A DNA stretch of 64,000 nucleotides from Gammaproteobacteria bacterium (GCA_023257255.1 JALRCR010000001.1:266-64265), one strand, 5' to 3'. Numbered from the stretch's first letter, positions 43,095 to 54,113 are shown. Numbers and translations: made by a program. The notes: generated from the sequence alone by a model not told the origin.

Positions 43095-45668
43095 TCAGCG
43101 CATGAAAGTAAACTTGCCAGCCTCGACGTCGATCTTGATCTCGTCACCAGGCCCAAACCGGCCTTCCAGCAGGGCCTGTGCCAGCGGTGTTTCGAGCGTG
43201 TTCTGGATTGCCCGCTTCAAGGGCCGGGCGCCATACACGGGGTCGAAGCCCGCTTCACCCAGTCTATCGACCGCAGCCGTGGAAATATCCAGTCCAATTC
43301 GCTGCTCCGCCAAACGCTGCCGTAAGAGCGCCAGTTGCACCTCGGCAATCGCCCGGATCTGGGCTTTGCGCAGCGCATGGAAGACCACGACTTCGTCGAT
43401 TCGGTTGATGAACTCGGGCCGGAAGCTGTGCCGCACGACCTCCATCACGGCCTCGCGCATGTCGTCGTAAGCGGCCGTCTCGCCCAGTGCCTGAATGCGG
43501 TCCGAGCCCAGGTTAGAGGTCATCACGATCACCGTATTGCGGAAATCGACCGTCCGGCCATGGCCATCGGTCAGCCGCCCGTCGTCCAGCACCTGGAGCA
43601 GGATGTTGAACACATCGGGGTGCGCCTTCTCCACTTCGTCGAGCAACAGCACCGCATAGGGTTTGCGGCGCACGGTCTCGGTCAGGTAGCCGCCTTCTTC
43701 ATAACCGACGTAGCCCGGCGGGGCGCCAATAAGGCGGGCAACCGAGTGCTTTTCCATATATTCCGACATATCGATGCGCACCAGCGCGTCTTCGGTGTCG
43801 AACAGGAATTCGGCCAGCGCTTTGCACAGTTCGGTCTTGCCGACCCCGGTTGGGCCGAGAAACAGGAAAGAACCGTTCGGCCGGCGCGGGTCGGACAGAC
43901 CGGCGCGGGCGCGGCGGATGGCATTCGCCACGGCCGCCAGCGCCTCTTCCTGTCCGACTACCCGCTGGTGCAGGGCCTCTTCCATCCGCAACAACTTGTT
44001 GCGTTCCCCCTCCAGCATTCTGGAGACCGGAATGCCGGTCCACTTCGAGACCACTTCGGCGATTTCTTCGTCCGTCACCCGGTTCCGCAGCAGCTTCATG
44101 GGCGCCCGATCGGTGTCCGAACTGGCGGCCAGACGCTTTTCCAGCGCCGGGATCACGCCGTATTGGAGCTCGGACATGCGCGTGAGATCGCCGCTGCGCC
44201 GGGCGCTTTCAAAATCGGTCCGGGCACGATCGAGGTCCGCCTGCACCTGATGCGTCCCCTGTAGCGCGGCTTTTTCCGATTTCCAGATTTCTTCAAGGTC
44301 GGCCGACTCGCGTTCGATTTTGGCCAACTGGGTTTCGAGATCCGTCAGCCGCCGGCGCGAGGCCTCGTCGGTTTCCTTGCGCAGGGCCTCGCGTTCGATT
44401 TTGAGCTGGATGATTTTGCGGTCCAGCCGGTCCATTTCCTCGGGCTTGGAATCGATTTCGATGCTGATCCGGCTGGCAGCTTCGTCAATCAGGTCGATGG
44501 CTTTGTCCGGCAGCTGCCGGTCGGTGATGTAGCGATGCGACAGCTGGGCGGCGGCGACGATCGCCGGGTCCGTGATTTCCACGCCGTGATGCACAGCGTA
44601 CTTTTCCTTCAGCCCGCGCAGGATGGCGATGGTGTCTTCAATCGAGGGCTCGTCGACCAGCACTTTCTGGAAGCGGCGCTCGAGTGCCGCGTCTTTCTCG
44701 ACGTACTGACGGTATTCGTCCAGCGTGGTCGCGCCAATGCAATGCAGTTCGCCGCGGGCCAGCGCGGGTTTCAGCATATTGCCGGCGTCCATCGCGCCCT
44801 CGGCCTTACCGGCACCGACCATGGTGTGCAGCTCATCAATGAACAGCACCACCTGACCTTCCTGCTTGGCCAGATCGTTCAGGACGGCTTTCAGCCGTTC
44901 CTCGAACTCGCCGCGGAACTTCGCCCCGGCGATCAGCGCGCCCATGTCGAGCGACAGCACCCGCTTGTGTTTGAGTCCTTCCGGCACTTCGCCGTTCACG
45001 ATGCGCTGGGCGAGGCCTTCGACAATGGCGGTTTTACCCACGCCCGGCTCGCCGATCAGCACCGGATTGTTCTTGGTTCGGCGCTGCAGCACTTGAATGG
45101 CGCGACGGATTTCCTCATCGCGGCCAATCACCGGGTCCAGCTTGCCCTTGAGCGCCCGCTCCGTGAGGTCGATGGTGTATTTGTCCAGGGCCTGACGGGT
45201 TTCTTCCGCATTGGCCTCGGCAACCTTCTCGCCGCCCCGTAGCGCCTCGATCGCCTGCCCGACGGCCGCTTCGCGCGCGCCGGCCCGCTTCAAGGCCCGG
45301 CCCAGCTCGCCGGGGTCGCCCAGCGCCGCGAGCACAAAGAGTTCGCTCGAGATGTAGGCATCGCCACGCTTCTGGGCCAGTTTTTCGGTGACGTTCAGCA
45401 GGCGCACGAGATCGTTGGACGGATGAACATCGCCCGGCGCACCTTCCACTTTGGCCAGACGCCCTTCGAGTTGCTGCAACTGGGCCTGCAGGGCATCGGT
45501 ATCAACCCCGCTCTTGCCCAGCACGTGTTTCACCGTGCTCGAATCCTGCTCCAGCAGGGCCAGCATCAGATGCACGGGTTCAATGAACTGGTTGTCATGA
45601 CTGAGCGCGCGGCTCTGGGCTTCGGCCAGCGCCTGCTGAAGTCGGGTGGTCATCTTGTCTGCACGCAT
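43095..45668 (-). CDS. clpB: Protein disaggregase ClpB
   Basis: The ORF at 43095..45731 is trimmed to [18 protein letters not shown], giving 857 aa. Two AAA+ P-loops are present: [15 protein letters not shown] and [15 protein letters not shown]. Confidence 0.97.
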   Translation of the reverse strand: MRADKMTTRLQQALAEAQSRALSHDNQFIEPVHLMLALLEQDSSTVKHVLGKSGVDTDALQAQLQQLEGRLAKVEGAPGDVHPSNDLVRLLNVTEKLAQKRGDAYISSELFVLAALGDPGELGRALKRAGAREAAVGQAIEALRGGEKVAEANAEETRQALDKYTIDLTERALKGKLDPVIGRDEEIRRAIQVLQRRTKNNPVLIGEPGVGKTAIVEGLAQRIVNGEVPEGLKHKRVLSLDMGALIAGAKFRGEFEERLKAVLNDLAKQEGQVVLFIDELHTMVGAGKAEGAMDAGNMLKPALARGELHCIGATTLDEYRQYVEKDAALERRFQKVLVDEPSIEDTIAILRGLKEKYAVHHGVEITDPAIVAAAQLSHRYITDRQLPDKAIDLIDEAASRISIEIDSKPEEMDRLDRKIIQLKIEREALRKETDEASRRRLTDLETQLAKIERESADLEEIWKSEKAALQGTHQVQADLDRARTDFESARRSGDLTRMSELQYGVIPALEKRLAASSDTDRAPMKLLRNRVTDEEIAEVVSKWTGIPVSRMLEGERNKLLRMEEALHQRVVGQEEALAAVANAIRRARAGLSDPRRPNGSFLFLGPTGVGKTELCKALAEFLFDTEDALVRIDMSEYMEKHSVARLIGAPPGYVGYEEGGYLTETVRRKPYAVLLLDEVEKAHPDVFNILLQVLDDGRLTDGHGRTVDFRNTVIVMTSNLGSDRIQALGETAAYDDMREAVMEVVRHSFRPEFINRIDEVVVFHALRKAQIRAIAEVQLALLRQRLAEQRIGLDISTAAVDRLGEAGFDPVYGARPLKRAIQNTLETPLAQALLEGRFGPGDEIKIDVEAGKFTFMR

Positions 45669-45704
45669 GGGCTGCGTCCTCACTGGATTTACGGATTGCC
45701 TTCC

Positions 45705-45732
45705 AGATGGGGCCGCGCCGCGCGCAATCAAG
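45705..45732 (-). promoter_or_regulatory. Sigma-32 (heat-shock) promoter of clpB
   Basis: The minus strand reads CTTGATT, a 13-nt spacer, then CCCCATCT. The consensus is CTTGAAA-N13-15-CCCCATNT. The -10 element ends about 35 nt upstream of the clpB ATG. Confidence 0.65.
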
Positions 45733-45746
45733 CAGCTCAGTTCAAA

Positions 45747-46475
45747 TCAGGCGATCCAGATCAGGCTGGCGATGCGGCCGCAGACCGGATCCCGGCGGAA
45801 GGAGAAGAAGTCTGTCGGGTTGGCGTAGGTGCACAGGCCGCTGCTGTAGACGCCGCCCACCCCGGCCTGCTCGAGTTGTCGCACCGCCAGCTGCGCGAGG
45901 TCGGCATACCAGGCGCCAGCGCGCTGGCTGAACGCGGCGGCGTGCGCCGGGTCCAGCGCCAGAAACTGCGCGCGCAATTCGGCGCCAACCTGATAGTGCT
46001 GCGGCCCAATGCCGGGCCCGACCCAGCCCAGCAGATCGGCCGCCGGTGGCAGTTGGGTGAGCGCGGCCGCAATGACGCCGGCGGCCAGCCCGCGCCAGCC
46101 GGCGTGAACCGCGGCGACCGTCGTCCCCGCCCGGTCACAGAGCAGGATCGGGAGACAGTCGGCGGTCAGCACGGCACACACCACGCCGCGCTGGGTGGTG
46201 AACGCGCCGTCGGCAGTCGGCATCTCCAACCCGGATGCGGCCGCCTCGATGACCGCCGTACCGTGAACCTGATTGAGCCAGCGCGGTGCGGCGGGAAGGG
46301 CGCAGGTCGCGAGCAAGCGGTGGCGGTTGGCGGCCACGGCTGCCGGGTCGTCGCCGACGTGCGTCGCCAGATTGAGGCTGGCGTAGTGTCCCGCGCTGAC
46401 GCCGCCCGCCCGGGTTGTCACCAGCGCACGCACCCGCGGCGGGGCCGGCCAGTCGGGCAGAAGCGGGGCGATCAC
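45747..46475 (-). CDS. pgeF: YfiH/PgeF-family (DUF152) purine nucleoside phosphorylase / peptidoglycan editing factor
   Basis: 242 aa. TTRAGGVS, LTADCLPILL and AVHAGWRGLAAG. Confidence 0.88.
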   Translation of the reverse strand: MIAPLLPDWPAPPRVRALVTTRAGGVSAGHYASLNLATHVGDDPAAVAANRHRLLATCALPAAPRWLNQVHGTAVIEAAASGLEMPTADGAFTTQRGVVCAVLTADCLPILLCDRAGTTVAAVHAGWRGLAAGVIAAALTQLPPAADLLGWVGPGIGPQHYQVGAELRAQFLALDPAHAAAFSQRAGAWYADLAQLAVRQLEQAGVGGVYSSGLCTYANPTDFFSFRRDPVCGRIASLIWIA

Positions 46476-47437
46476 GCGTGGGCGGCGGCTGCCGAGTCTG
46501 CCGCCAAGGCTTCCAGCAGGATGACCAGGTCGGCCGGCAAGGGGGACTCCACGGCAATCTCGCCGCGGCCGGACGGATTGCTGAAAGCGAGGCGCATGGC
46601 GTGCAAAGCCTGGCGTTTGAGTCCGCGCAGCGCGGCCTGCAGGTCGGTGGTGGCGCCGGGCGGCAGGCGCTGGCGCGTGCCGTAGGCCGGGTCGCCCACG
46701 ATCGGGCTGCCGATGTGCTGCATGTGGACGCGAATCTGGTGCGTGCGGCCGGTTTCCAGCGCGATTTCCAGCAGCGTATGGGCGCGAAACTTCCGGCTGA
46801 TCCGGTAGTGCGTCACGGCCTCACGCCCGCCCTCGCTGACTTTCATCCGGGTGCGGTGATGCCGGTCACGCGCAATCGCGGCCTCGATCGTCCCGCCGGC
46901 GACCACAATGCCGTGCACCAGCGCGGCATAGGTCCGATGGATTTCGCGCTCCGCCATCATGCTGGTCAGGCGCTGGAAGCTGCGCGGCGTGCGGGCCACC
47001 ACCAGCAGGCCGGAGGTGTCTTTGTCGAGGCGGTGAATCAGGCCCGCGCGCGGCAGGGCGCTGAGTTCCGGATAGCGGTGCAGTAGCCCGTTAACCAGGG
47101 TGCGATGGGCATTGCCGGCCCCGGGATGCACCACCAGTCCGGCGGGTTTATCGACCACAATCACCCCGCGGTCTTCGTACACCACCCCAAAGGTGACCTG
47201 CTCCGGGGCCATTTCGGCGCTGGCGGCGAGTACCGCCTCGACGTCGACCCGATCACCGGCGCTGACCGTGTCGCGCGGACGGCAGGGCCGGTCGTTCAGT
47301 CGCACCCGCCCTTCCTTGATCCATGCGGACAGCATGCTGCGGGAGTAATCCTCAAACAGATCCGCCAGCGCCTGATCGAGACGACGACCGGCCAGTGAGG
47401 GCGGAATACGGGTTTCATGGTGGCGAACTGAACTCAT
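46472..47437 (-). CDS. rluD: 23S rRNA pseudouridine synthase D
   Basis: The ORF at 46472..47494 is trimmed to MSSVRHH, giving 321 aa. It has an S4 domain (GRRLDQALADLF) and the catalytic HRLDKDTSGLLVVA. Confidence 0.92.
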   Translation of the reverse strand: MSSVRHHETRIPPSLAGRRLDQALADLFEDYSRSMLSAWIKEGRVRLNDRPCRPRDTVSAGDRVDVEAVLAASAEMAPEQVTFGVVYEDRGVIVVDKPAGLVVHPGAGNAHRTLVNGLLHRYPELSALPRAGLIHRLDKDTSGLLVVARTPRSFQRLTSMMAEREIHRTYAALVHGIVVAGGTIEAAIARDRHHRTRMKVSEGGREAVTHYRISRKFRAHTLLEIALETGRTHQIRVHMQHIGSPIVGDPAYGTRQRLPPGATTDLQAALRGLKRQALHAMRLAFSNPSGRGEIAVESPLPADLVILLEALAADSAAAAHA

Positions 47438-47530
47438 GTCCCGCAGTCTACTTGAAGCACACGGGCTTGCCTTGGTCTGGCTGAGCGCAGGCACTACAAT
47501 GCCCGACCCATAGCGAAGAGCTACCCATAA

Positions 47531-48346
47531 GTGAACTACTCCTCTTTCACGCTGGCCGCCAAGCGGGCGTCAGGATTGCTGATGACCGCCGCGTTGTGTC
47601 TATCGCTGGTCGGTTGCGGGCTGCTGCCCGACAAGGATCCGGAGGACATGCCGGAAAATTGGCCAGAAGAAAAGCTCTATTTCGCCGGCAAGGATCGACT
47701 GGAGTCGGGTTCATGCAATGGCGCTATCGATTACTACGAGAAACTGCAGGCGCGCTATCCCTTCGGCGCGTACGCCCCGCAGGCACAGCTGGAGCTCGCG
47801 TACTGCCACTACAAAGCGGATGAGACGCCCAAGGCAATCGCCTCGGTCGACCGGTTCATGAAGCTCAACCCCACCCACCCGCACATGGACTATGCGTTCT
47901 ATCTGCGCGGGCTCATTAACTTCAACAACGGCAAGGGCGTGCTCGAGCGCCATCTGGTGCGCGATGCCTCGCAGCGCGACCCCGGTGCTTCCCTGCAGGC
48001 CTTTAACGACCTGTCGGAACTCATCAAACGCTTCCCCGACAGCCGCTATGTGGCCGATGCGCAGCTGCGCATGCGCTACCTGCGCAACATCCTCGCCCAG
48101 CACGAGGTGAACGTGGCGAATTGGTATATGCGGCGCGGGGCCTTTGTGGCGGCGGCCAACCGGGCCCGCTATGTGGTGGAGAACTACCAGCAATCCCCGG
48201 CGATGCCCGAGGCGTTGCTCCTGATGGCCAAGGCCTACAAGGTGCTTGAACTAGACGATCTCGCTGCCGACGCGCTGCGTGTGATGGAGCTCAACTTCCC
48301 GAATCATCCGGGCATTGAAGAGGTCAAGCGCACCGAGGTGCGCTAG
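47531..48346 (+). CDS. bamD: Outer membrane protein assembly factor BamD
   Basis: 271 aa, GTG start; ATG 47582 is also possible. Lipobox SLVGC and TPR-like repeats (AIDYYEKLQARYPFGAYAPQAQLELAYCHYK). It is divergent from rluD, as in E. coli. Confidence 0.9.
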   Translation: MNYSSFTLAAKRASGLLMTAALCLSLVGCGLLPDKDPEDMPENWPEEKLYFAGKDRLESGSCNGAIDYYEKLQARYPFGAYAPQAQLELAYCHYKADETPKAIASVDRFMKLNPTHPHMDYAFYLRGLINFNNGKGVLERHLVRDASQRDPGASLQAFNDLSELIKRFPDSRYVADAQLRMRYLRNILAQHEVNVANWYMRRGAFVAAANRARYVVENYQQSPAMPEALLLMAKAYKVLELDDLAADALRVMELNFPNHPGIEEVKRTEVR

Positions 48347-48364
48347 GCCGGCGGGGCGGGCGGC

Positions 48365-50002
48365 TTAGCTGCCCGGCACCGGCTCCTGCTCGTCGTAACG
48401 TGAGGTAATGGGAAAACGCCGGTCGCGGCCGAACGCCCGTTCGGTAATCCTCACCCCGGGGGCGGCCTGACGCCGCTTGTACTCGTTGCGGTCCACCATC
48501 CGGGCCACCCGTTTCACCGTTTCCAGATCAAAGCCGGCGGCCGCAATTTCCTGCGGCGTCCGGTCCAGTTCAACGTACTGCTCGAGGATCGGGTCCAGCA
48601 CTTCGTAGGGCGGCAGGCTGTCGGTGTCTTTCTGGTCCGGTCGCAGTTCGGCAGACGGCGGGCGCTCGATGACCCGCGGCGGGATAACCGGGTGCTCAGC
48701 CTGCGCATTGCGCCAGCGGGACAGCCGGAAAACCAGCGTTTTGGGGCAGTCTTTCAGCGGCGCAAAGCCGCCGGCCATATCGCCATAAAGCGTGGCATAG
48801 CCCACGGCCATCTCGCTTTTGTTGCCGGTGGTCAACACCATCCGGCCGGTCTTGTTCGAATAGGCCATCAGCAGAATCCCGCGACAGCGGGCCTGGATGT
48901 TTTCTTCGGTGACGTCGGCCTTACGACCGGCGAACACCGGCGCCAGCGACTGTTCAAAGGCGTTGACCGTGGGTTCGATACTGACGACGTGACATTCACA
49001 GCCCATCAGGCGCGCCTGCTCCAGCGCGTCGTCGACGCTCATGTCGGCGGTATAGCGCGACGGCATGGAGATGGCGGTGACGTTCTCTGGCCCCAGAGCA
49101 TCGGCCGCAATCGCCAGCGTCAGCGCCGAGTCGATGCCGCCTGACAGGCCTAGCACCGCGCCGGCAAACCGGTTTTTCTGCACGTAATCGCGCACGCCCA
49201 GCACCATCGCTTGATACACCGCCGCCTCGTCATTCATGGCCGGCGCGCAGGCGCCGCGCACGCTGATGGCGTCGCCTGCGCGCTGCAGGTCTATTTCGAG
49301 CAGTTGTTCGGTGAATTCGGGGGCCTGGGCGCGCAGCATGCCGCCCGCGTCCAGTGCGAAAGAGCCGCCGTCGAATACCAGTTCGTCCTGTCCGCCAACC
49401 AGATTCAGATACAGCACCGGCAGCCCGGACGCCGCGACCGCACGGCCGACCGCCTGCTGGCGGGCTTCGCGCTTGTGCTGGCTCCAGGGCGAGGCGTTGA
49501 TATTGAGAATGACTTCAGCGCCGGCGACCCGCGCCGTTTCGGTGGTGCTCGGGTCCCAGATGTCCTCACAGATTGAAAAGCCTACGGCGATGTCGTCGAT
49601 CCGGTAGACGCAGGCGCTGTTGCCGGCCTCGAAGTAGCGCTTCTCATCGAACACCTGATAGTTCGGTAGCCGCTGCTTGCGATAGCGCGCCGCGATGCGG
49701 CCGTCTTCCAGCACGCAAAGGCTGTTGTAGACGTGGCCATCGGCCGCTTCCGGATAACCCACGACCACCGCAATACCGTGACTGGCCGCCGCGATCTGGC
49801 GCAGCGCATATTCGACGCGACGGTGCAGGCCGGGCCGGAACAGCAGGTCTTCGGGGGGATAGCCGGTGATGGCGAGTTCGGGAAAGGCCACGACCCGCGC
49901 GCCAGCGTGGTCGCGCGCGTGGGCCAGTTGCTCAATGATGCGGGCCGTATTGCCTGTGATATCACCGACGCACAAATTGAGCTGGGCAAGCGCGATTTTC
50001 AT
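48365..50002 (-). CDS. nadE: Glutamine-dependent NAD+ synthetase
   Basis: 545 aa. The N-terminal nitrilase-like domain has MKIALAQLN and FSICEDIW. The C-terminal domain has the PP-loop SGGIDSALT. Confidence 0.93.
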   Translation of the reverse strand: MKIALAQLNLCVGDITGNTARIIEQLAHARDHAGARVVAFPELAITGYPPEDLLFRPGLHRRVEYALRQIAAASHGIAVVVGYPEAADGHVYNSLCVLEDGRIAARYRKQRLPNYQVFDEKRYFEAGNSACVYRIDDIAVGFSICEDIWDPSTTETARVAGAEVILNINASPWSQHKREARQQAVGRAVAASGLPVLYLNLVGGQDELVFDGGSFALDAGGMLRAQAPEFTEQLLEIDLQRAGDAISVRGACAPAMNDEAAVYQAMVLGVRDYVQKNRFAGAVLGLSGGIDSALTLAIAADALGPENVTAISMPSRYTADMSVDDALEQARLMGCECHVVSIEPTVNAFEQSLAPVFAGRKADVTEENIQARCRGILLMAYSNKTGRMVLTTGNKSEMAVGYATLYGDMAGGFAPLKDCPKTLVFRLSRWRNAQAEHPVIPPRVIERPPSAELRPDQKDTDSLPPYEVLDPILEQYVELDRTPQEIAAAGFDLETVKRVARMVDRNEYKRRQAAPGVRITERAFGRDRRFPITSRYDEQEPVPGS

Positions 50003-50032
50003 CGGGCCTGCCCCGCTCGCAGGGCCGCAGGC

Positions 50033-50905
50033 CTACTGCAGCGCACGCTTCATCGCGGCGCCGAGTTCCGCCGGTGAGTTCACGGTGGTCACACCAGCGG
50101 CCTGGAGGGCGGCGTATTTGTCTGCCGCCGTGCCCTTGCCGCCCGCGATGATCGCGCCGGCATGGCCCATGCGCTTGCCGGGAGGCGCGGTGACGCCCGC
50201 GATGTAACCGACCACCGGCTTCGTCACGTGCTTGGCGATGAACGCCGCCGCGTCTTCTTCCGCCGAGCCGCCGATTTCACCGACCATGATGATGCCTTCG
50301 GTCTGCGGGTCCTGCTGGAAGAGGGTCAGCACGTCGATGAAGTTCATGCCGTTGATGGGGTCGCCGCCAATGCCCACGCAGGTACTCTGACCGAGACCCG
50401 CCTGGGTGGTCTGATGCACCGCTTCGTAGGTCAGCGTGCCCGAACGCGAGACGATGCCGATCTTGCCCGGGCGATGAATGGCCGCCGGCATGATGCCCAT
50501 CTTGCATTCGCCCGGGGTGATGACGCCCGGACAGTTGGGGCCGATCAGGCGCACGTCGGGACGGCCCATCAGCATGGCTTTCACTTTCAGCATATCCAGT
50601 ACCGGAATGCCTTCGGTGATGCAGGTGATGACCTTGATGCCGCCATCAACGGCTTCGGCGATGGCGTCGGCAGCGTAGGGCGGCGGCACGAAGATCATGC
50701 TGGCATCGGCGCCGGTGGCTTTCACGGCCGCATGCACGGTGTCGAAAATCGGCCGGTCGAGGTGCGACTGGCCGCCGCGACCCGGGGTCACGCCACCCAC
50801 CAGCTGGGTGCCGTAGGCGATGGCCTGGGTGGCGTGGAAGGTGCCTTGCTTGCCGGTAAAACCCTGCACAAGCACTTTGGTGTCTTTGTTAATCAGAATG
50901 GACAT
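50033..50905 (-). CDS. sucD: Succinyl-CoA synthetase alpha subunit
   Basis: 290 aa. [24 protein letters not shown] and the phosphohistidine context RMGHAGAII. Confidence 0.97.
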   Translation of the reverse strand: MSILINKDTKVLVQGFTGKQGTFHATQAIAYGTQLVGGVTPGRGGQSHLDRPIFDTVHAAVKATGADASMIFVPPPYAADAIAEAVDGGIKVITCITEGIPVLDMLKVKAMLMGRPDVRLIGPNCPGVITPGECKMGIMPAAIHRPGKIGIVSRSGTLTYEAVHQTTQAGLGQSTCVGIGGDPINGMNFIDVLTLFQQDPQTEGIIMVGEIGGSAEEDAAAFIAKHVTKPVVGYIAGVTAPPGKRMGHAGAIIAGGKGTAADKYAALQAAGVTTVNSPAELGAAMKRALQ

Positions 50906-52071
50906 TAGTGTGCTCCTCCGACGGCGGCGACCACCTTCTTGGCGGCATCGCTGAGATCTTCTGCGCTGGTAATGGCAAGGCCGCTGTCGGCCAGCAGTTG
51001 TTTGCCCTCGTTGACGTTGGTGCCTTCCAGACGCACCACCACCGGCACGTTCACGCCCACTTCCTTCACCGCCGCAATGATGCCGGTGGCGATCATGTCG
51101 CAGCGGACGATACCGCCGAAGATGTTGATCAGAATGGCTTTGACGTTGGGGTCCGAGGTGATGATCTTGAACGCTTCCGCGACGCGCTCGGCGGTAGTGC
51201 CGCCGCCGACGTCCAGAAAGTTGGCCGGCGCGCCGCCGTACAGCTTGACCACGTCCATGGTGGCCATCGCGAGGCCCGCACCGTTCACCATGCAGGCGAT
51301 GTTGCCTTCCAGGGTGACGTAGTTGAGGTCGAATTCCTTCGCCCGACGTTCTTTTTCGTCTTCCTGGGCGGCATCACGCCAAGCCGCAATGGACTGCCGG
51401 TACAGCGCGTTGTCGTCGAGGTTGATCTTGCCGTCCAGCGCCGCAAGGCTCCCGTCGGCGAGAATCGCCAGCGGGTTGATTTCGAGCAGGCTGAGGTCTT
51501 TGTCGATGAACAGGCGATACAGCCCTCGGAGGATCACCGCCATCTGCTTGCGCTGCGCGTCGTCGAGTTCGAGCGCGAAGCCAAGCACGCGAGTTTGGTA
51601 GTCCTGCAGGCCCAGTACCGGGTCGACGGCGATGGTGAAGATTTTCTCCGGCGTGTGCGCCGCGACTTCCTCGATGTCCATGCCGCCCGCGCGGGACGCC
51701 ATGAAGGTGACGCGCCGGGTGCCGCGGTCGACCACGGCGCTCAGGTAGAGCTCGTGGGCAATCTGCGCCGCGCTGTCGATCAGCACGCAGTCAACCGGTT
51801 GGCCTTCGGGGCCGGACTGGAAGGTCACCAGCTGGGTGCCGAGCAGTGATTTGGTAACGGCGGCGGCTTCTTCCGCGCTTTTCACAAACTTGACGCCGCC
51901 GGCCTTGCCGCGCCCGCCGGCGTGGACCTGAGCCTTCACCAGCCAGCCCGTGCCGCCCAGTGCTTTGACGTTGGCGGCGGCCTCTTCTGGGCTCCGTGCC
52001 ACTTTGCCCGGCAAAATCGGGACTCCGTATTCAGTGAACAACTGTTTTGCCTGATATTCATGCAGGTTCAT
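50905..52071 (-). CDS. sucC: Succinyl-CoA synthetase beta subunit
   Basis: The ORF at 50905..52233 is trimmed to [12 protein letters not shown], giving 388 aa. TAATG stop/start overlap with sucD. Confidence 0.97.
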   Translation of the reverse strand: MNLHEYQAKQLFTEYGVPILPGKVARSPEEAAANVKALGGTGWLVKAQVHAGGRGKAGGVKFVKSAEEAAAVTKSLLGTQLVTFQSGPEGQPVDCVLIDSAAQIAHELYLSAVVDRGTRRVTFMASRAGGMDIEEVAAHTPEKIFTIAVDPVLGLQDYQTRVLGFALELDDAQRKQMAVILRGLYRLFIDKDLSLLEINPLAILADGSLAALDGKINLDDNALYRQSIAAWRDAAQEDEKERRAKEFDLNYVTLEGNIACMVNGAGLAMATMDVVKLYGGAPANFLDVGGGTTAERVAEAFKIITSDPNVKAILINIFGGIVRCDMIATGIIAAVKEVGVNVPVVVRLEGTNVNEGKQLLADSGLAITSAEDLSDAAKKVVAAVGGAH

Positions 52072-52285
52072 CGATCTACTCCAAGCTGCTCGATAATTGC
52101 GATGCGTCGATAGGGCGGCGGCACGTGCATGCCTGACGCCCGCTACAGGCAGGGCAACGCGCGCGTACGAACCCGGTTTTCCGCCCCGAACTATATCGGA
52201 TACCGGCTTCCGCTTGCACGCCACGCCTTGCATCGCGACCTGCGGCGGGCAACGCTAGTGCCCTCATGAGGAGGCCGGAGCGCGT

Positions 52286-52504
52286 ATGGGACTGGGTCGT
52301 TTGCTGATACTTGGCCTGCTGGGCTGGGTCGTGTTTGTACTCTGGCGCCGTTGGCAGCGGGCGGCGCGTCGGCCGTCACCGCCGGCGACGACGCGGGTCG
52401 TTCAGTGTCAGGCCTGCGGTGTCTACGTGCCGGAGTCCGAGGCGGTCGCGCAGGCCGGCGGATTTGTGTGCCAGGCGCATCGCGCTGCCGGTCGCGGTGA
52501 CTAG
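52286..52504 (+). CDS. Small membrane-anchored Cys-rich protein (resembles what I recall NCBI naming the PP0621 family)
   Basis: 72 aa. One N-terminal TM (LLILGLLGWVVFVLW), a basic/Pro linker, then CQACGVYVPESEAVAQAGGFVCQAH (CxxC...CxxH). The stop overlaps the candidate pilS GTG start. Confidence 0.5.
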   Translation: MGLGRLLILGLLGWVVFVLWRRWQRAARRPSPPATTRVVQCQACGVYVPESEAVAQAGGFVCQAHRAAGRGD

Positions 52505-54113
52505 GCAGCCGGCGTCGCCCGGCGCCACCGACAATCAGTGGCGAGCGCTGTGGTACTTCGGCCTGTACCGGCTGACCATCGCGATACTCCTTGCCGGCTT
52601 GAGCGGCTTACGGCGCTGGCCGCCGATGAACCTCAATATCGACCTGCGGCTAGGCACCTGGACGGCGCTGGCCTATCTCCTGTTAGGGCTTGGCTTTCTG
52701 GTGGCCGTTCGCCGACGTCTGGCGCCCTTCTCCCTGCTGCGCAATCTGCAGGTGCCGGCAGATGTGCTGGCCTTAACCTTGTTTCTGCATGCGAGCGGCG
52801 GCGTGGCCGGTGGTTTCGGGATCCTGCAGGTGGTGGCCACGGCAGGGGCCTGTCTGCTTGCCAGCCAGCGGGTGGCGGTCGCGTATGCGTCGTTGGCAAC
52901 GCTGGCATTACTGGCCCAAACCGTGTTCGGCGTCTTGCGGCTGGACTACCTGACCGCCAGTTACACCCATGCCGGCTTGCTCGGCCTCAGCTTTTTCGCG
53001 ACGGGCCTGCTGGCCGCTTTTATGGGCGAACAGGTTCGCGGCAGTGTGGCGCTGGTCGCCAAGCGCGATGCCGAATTGAGAAGCCTGGCGCAGTTAAATG
53101 AATACGTGGTGCAGCGAATGCAGGCCGGCATTCTGGTGCTCGACGAGCAGCTGCAGGTGGTGCTGGCCAATCGCGCCGCGCTACGCATGACGGGTCAGGC
53201 TCAAGGCATCGAAGGTCGGCCGCTGCATGAAATCTCGGGCATGCTCAATCTGGCCTGGCGCGCCTGGCGGGCGCGGGGTGGCAATCGCCGCACGCCGCTG
53301 ACGCTGGAACCGCAGGGCGTGGATGCCATCGTGTCGTTTGCCAGCCTGGCAGCCGACCGGCACGACACGGTGGTTTATCTCGAAGACACCGCCGAAATTC
53401 ACCAGCGCGCCCAGCAAATCAAGCTGGCGTCCCTCGGGCGCCTGACGGCCAGCATTGCGCATGAAATTCGCAACCCGCTGGCGGCCATCAGCCATGCGGG
53501 CCAACTGCTGTCCGAGTCGCAGGACCTGCCCGCGGAAGACCGGCGGCTGGTGCAGATCATCGGTGAGCAGTCGGTGCGCATGAACGATATCGTCAAAAAC
53601 GTGCTGATGATTGGCCGACGTGATAACACCAAAGTTGAAGAATTTTCGCTGCATCCGTGGCTGGCCGAGTTCCTGCGCGAACTGGCCGAGCGACGGCATT
53701 TGCCGCCCGACGCGCTCAGCCTGGAGGCAGATCCGGCTGATATCATCGTCAGCATGGACAAGAGCCAGCTTGATCAGGTCCTGTGGAATCTGGCGGAAAA
53801 CGCCCTGCGGTTCAGTCGTCAGTCACCCTTGCTGCGACTGGTCACCGGGCTGGAAGCAGATACCGGACGGGCGTTTCTCGACGTCATCGATACCGGCCCT
53901 GGCATGACCACGCAAATTGCCGAGCAAGTCTTCGAGCCGTTCTTCACCAACGGCGCGGGCGGCACGGGCCTCGGGCTCTTCATCGCGCGCGAGCTCTGCG
54001 AAGCGAACCAGATGAGCCTCAGCCTGCTCCGACACGGTGAAACAGGCTGTGTGTTTCGTCTCGGCCTGATGCCGATGCCGATTGGTCTCAACCCTGAGCC
54101 GGTGGCCCAATGA
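52497..54113 (+). CDS. pilS: Type IV pilus sensor histidine kinase PilS
   Basis: Frame of the ORF at 52311..54113. I propose GTG 52497 as the start, giving 538 aa. About six N-terminal TM segments are followed by the H-box SLGRLTASIAHEIRNPL and N/G boxes (NLAENALRF, DTGPGM, GGTGLGL). It is followed by pilR. Confidence 0.85.
   Translation: MTRQPASPGATDNQWRALWYFGLYRLTIAILLAGLSGLRRWPPMNLNIDLRLGTWTALAYLLLGLGFLVAVRRRLAPFSLLRNLQVPADVLALTLFLHASGGVAGGFGILQVVATAGACLLASQRVAVAYASLATLALLAQTVFGVLRLDYLTASYTHAGLLGLSFFATGLLAAFMGEQVRGSVALVAKRDAELRSLAQLNEYVVQRMQAGILVLDEQLQVVLANRAALRMTGQAQGIEGRPLHEISGMLNLAWRAWRARGGNRRTPLTLEPQGVDAIVSFASLAADRHDTVVYLEDTAEIHQRAQQIKLASLGRLTASIAHEIRNPLAAISHAGQLLSESQDLPAEDRRLVQIIGEQSVRMNDIVKNVLMIGRRDNTKVEEFSLHPWLAEFLRELAERRHLPPDALSLEADPADIIVSMDKSQLDQVLWNLAENALRFSRQSPLLRLVTGLEADTGRAFLDVIDTGPGMTTQIAEQVFEPFFTNGAGGTGLGLFIARELCEANQMSLSLLRHGETGCVFRLGLMPMPIGLNPEPVAQ

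Noticed and set aside
52311-52496. ATG-extended N-terminus of PilS (the ORF track starts at 52311)
   Set aside because: The extension overlaps the small Cys-rich ORF in another frame. It encodes an Arg-rich segment (GRRVGRHRRRRRGS) unlike the membrane-embedded PilS N-terminus. The in-frame GTG at 52497 gives about 538 aa, close to the PilS length I recall. This remains unproven.
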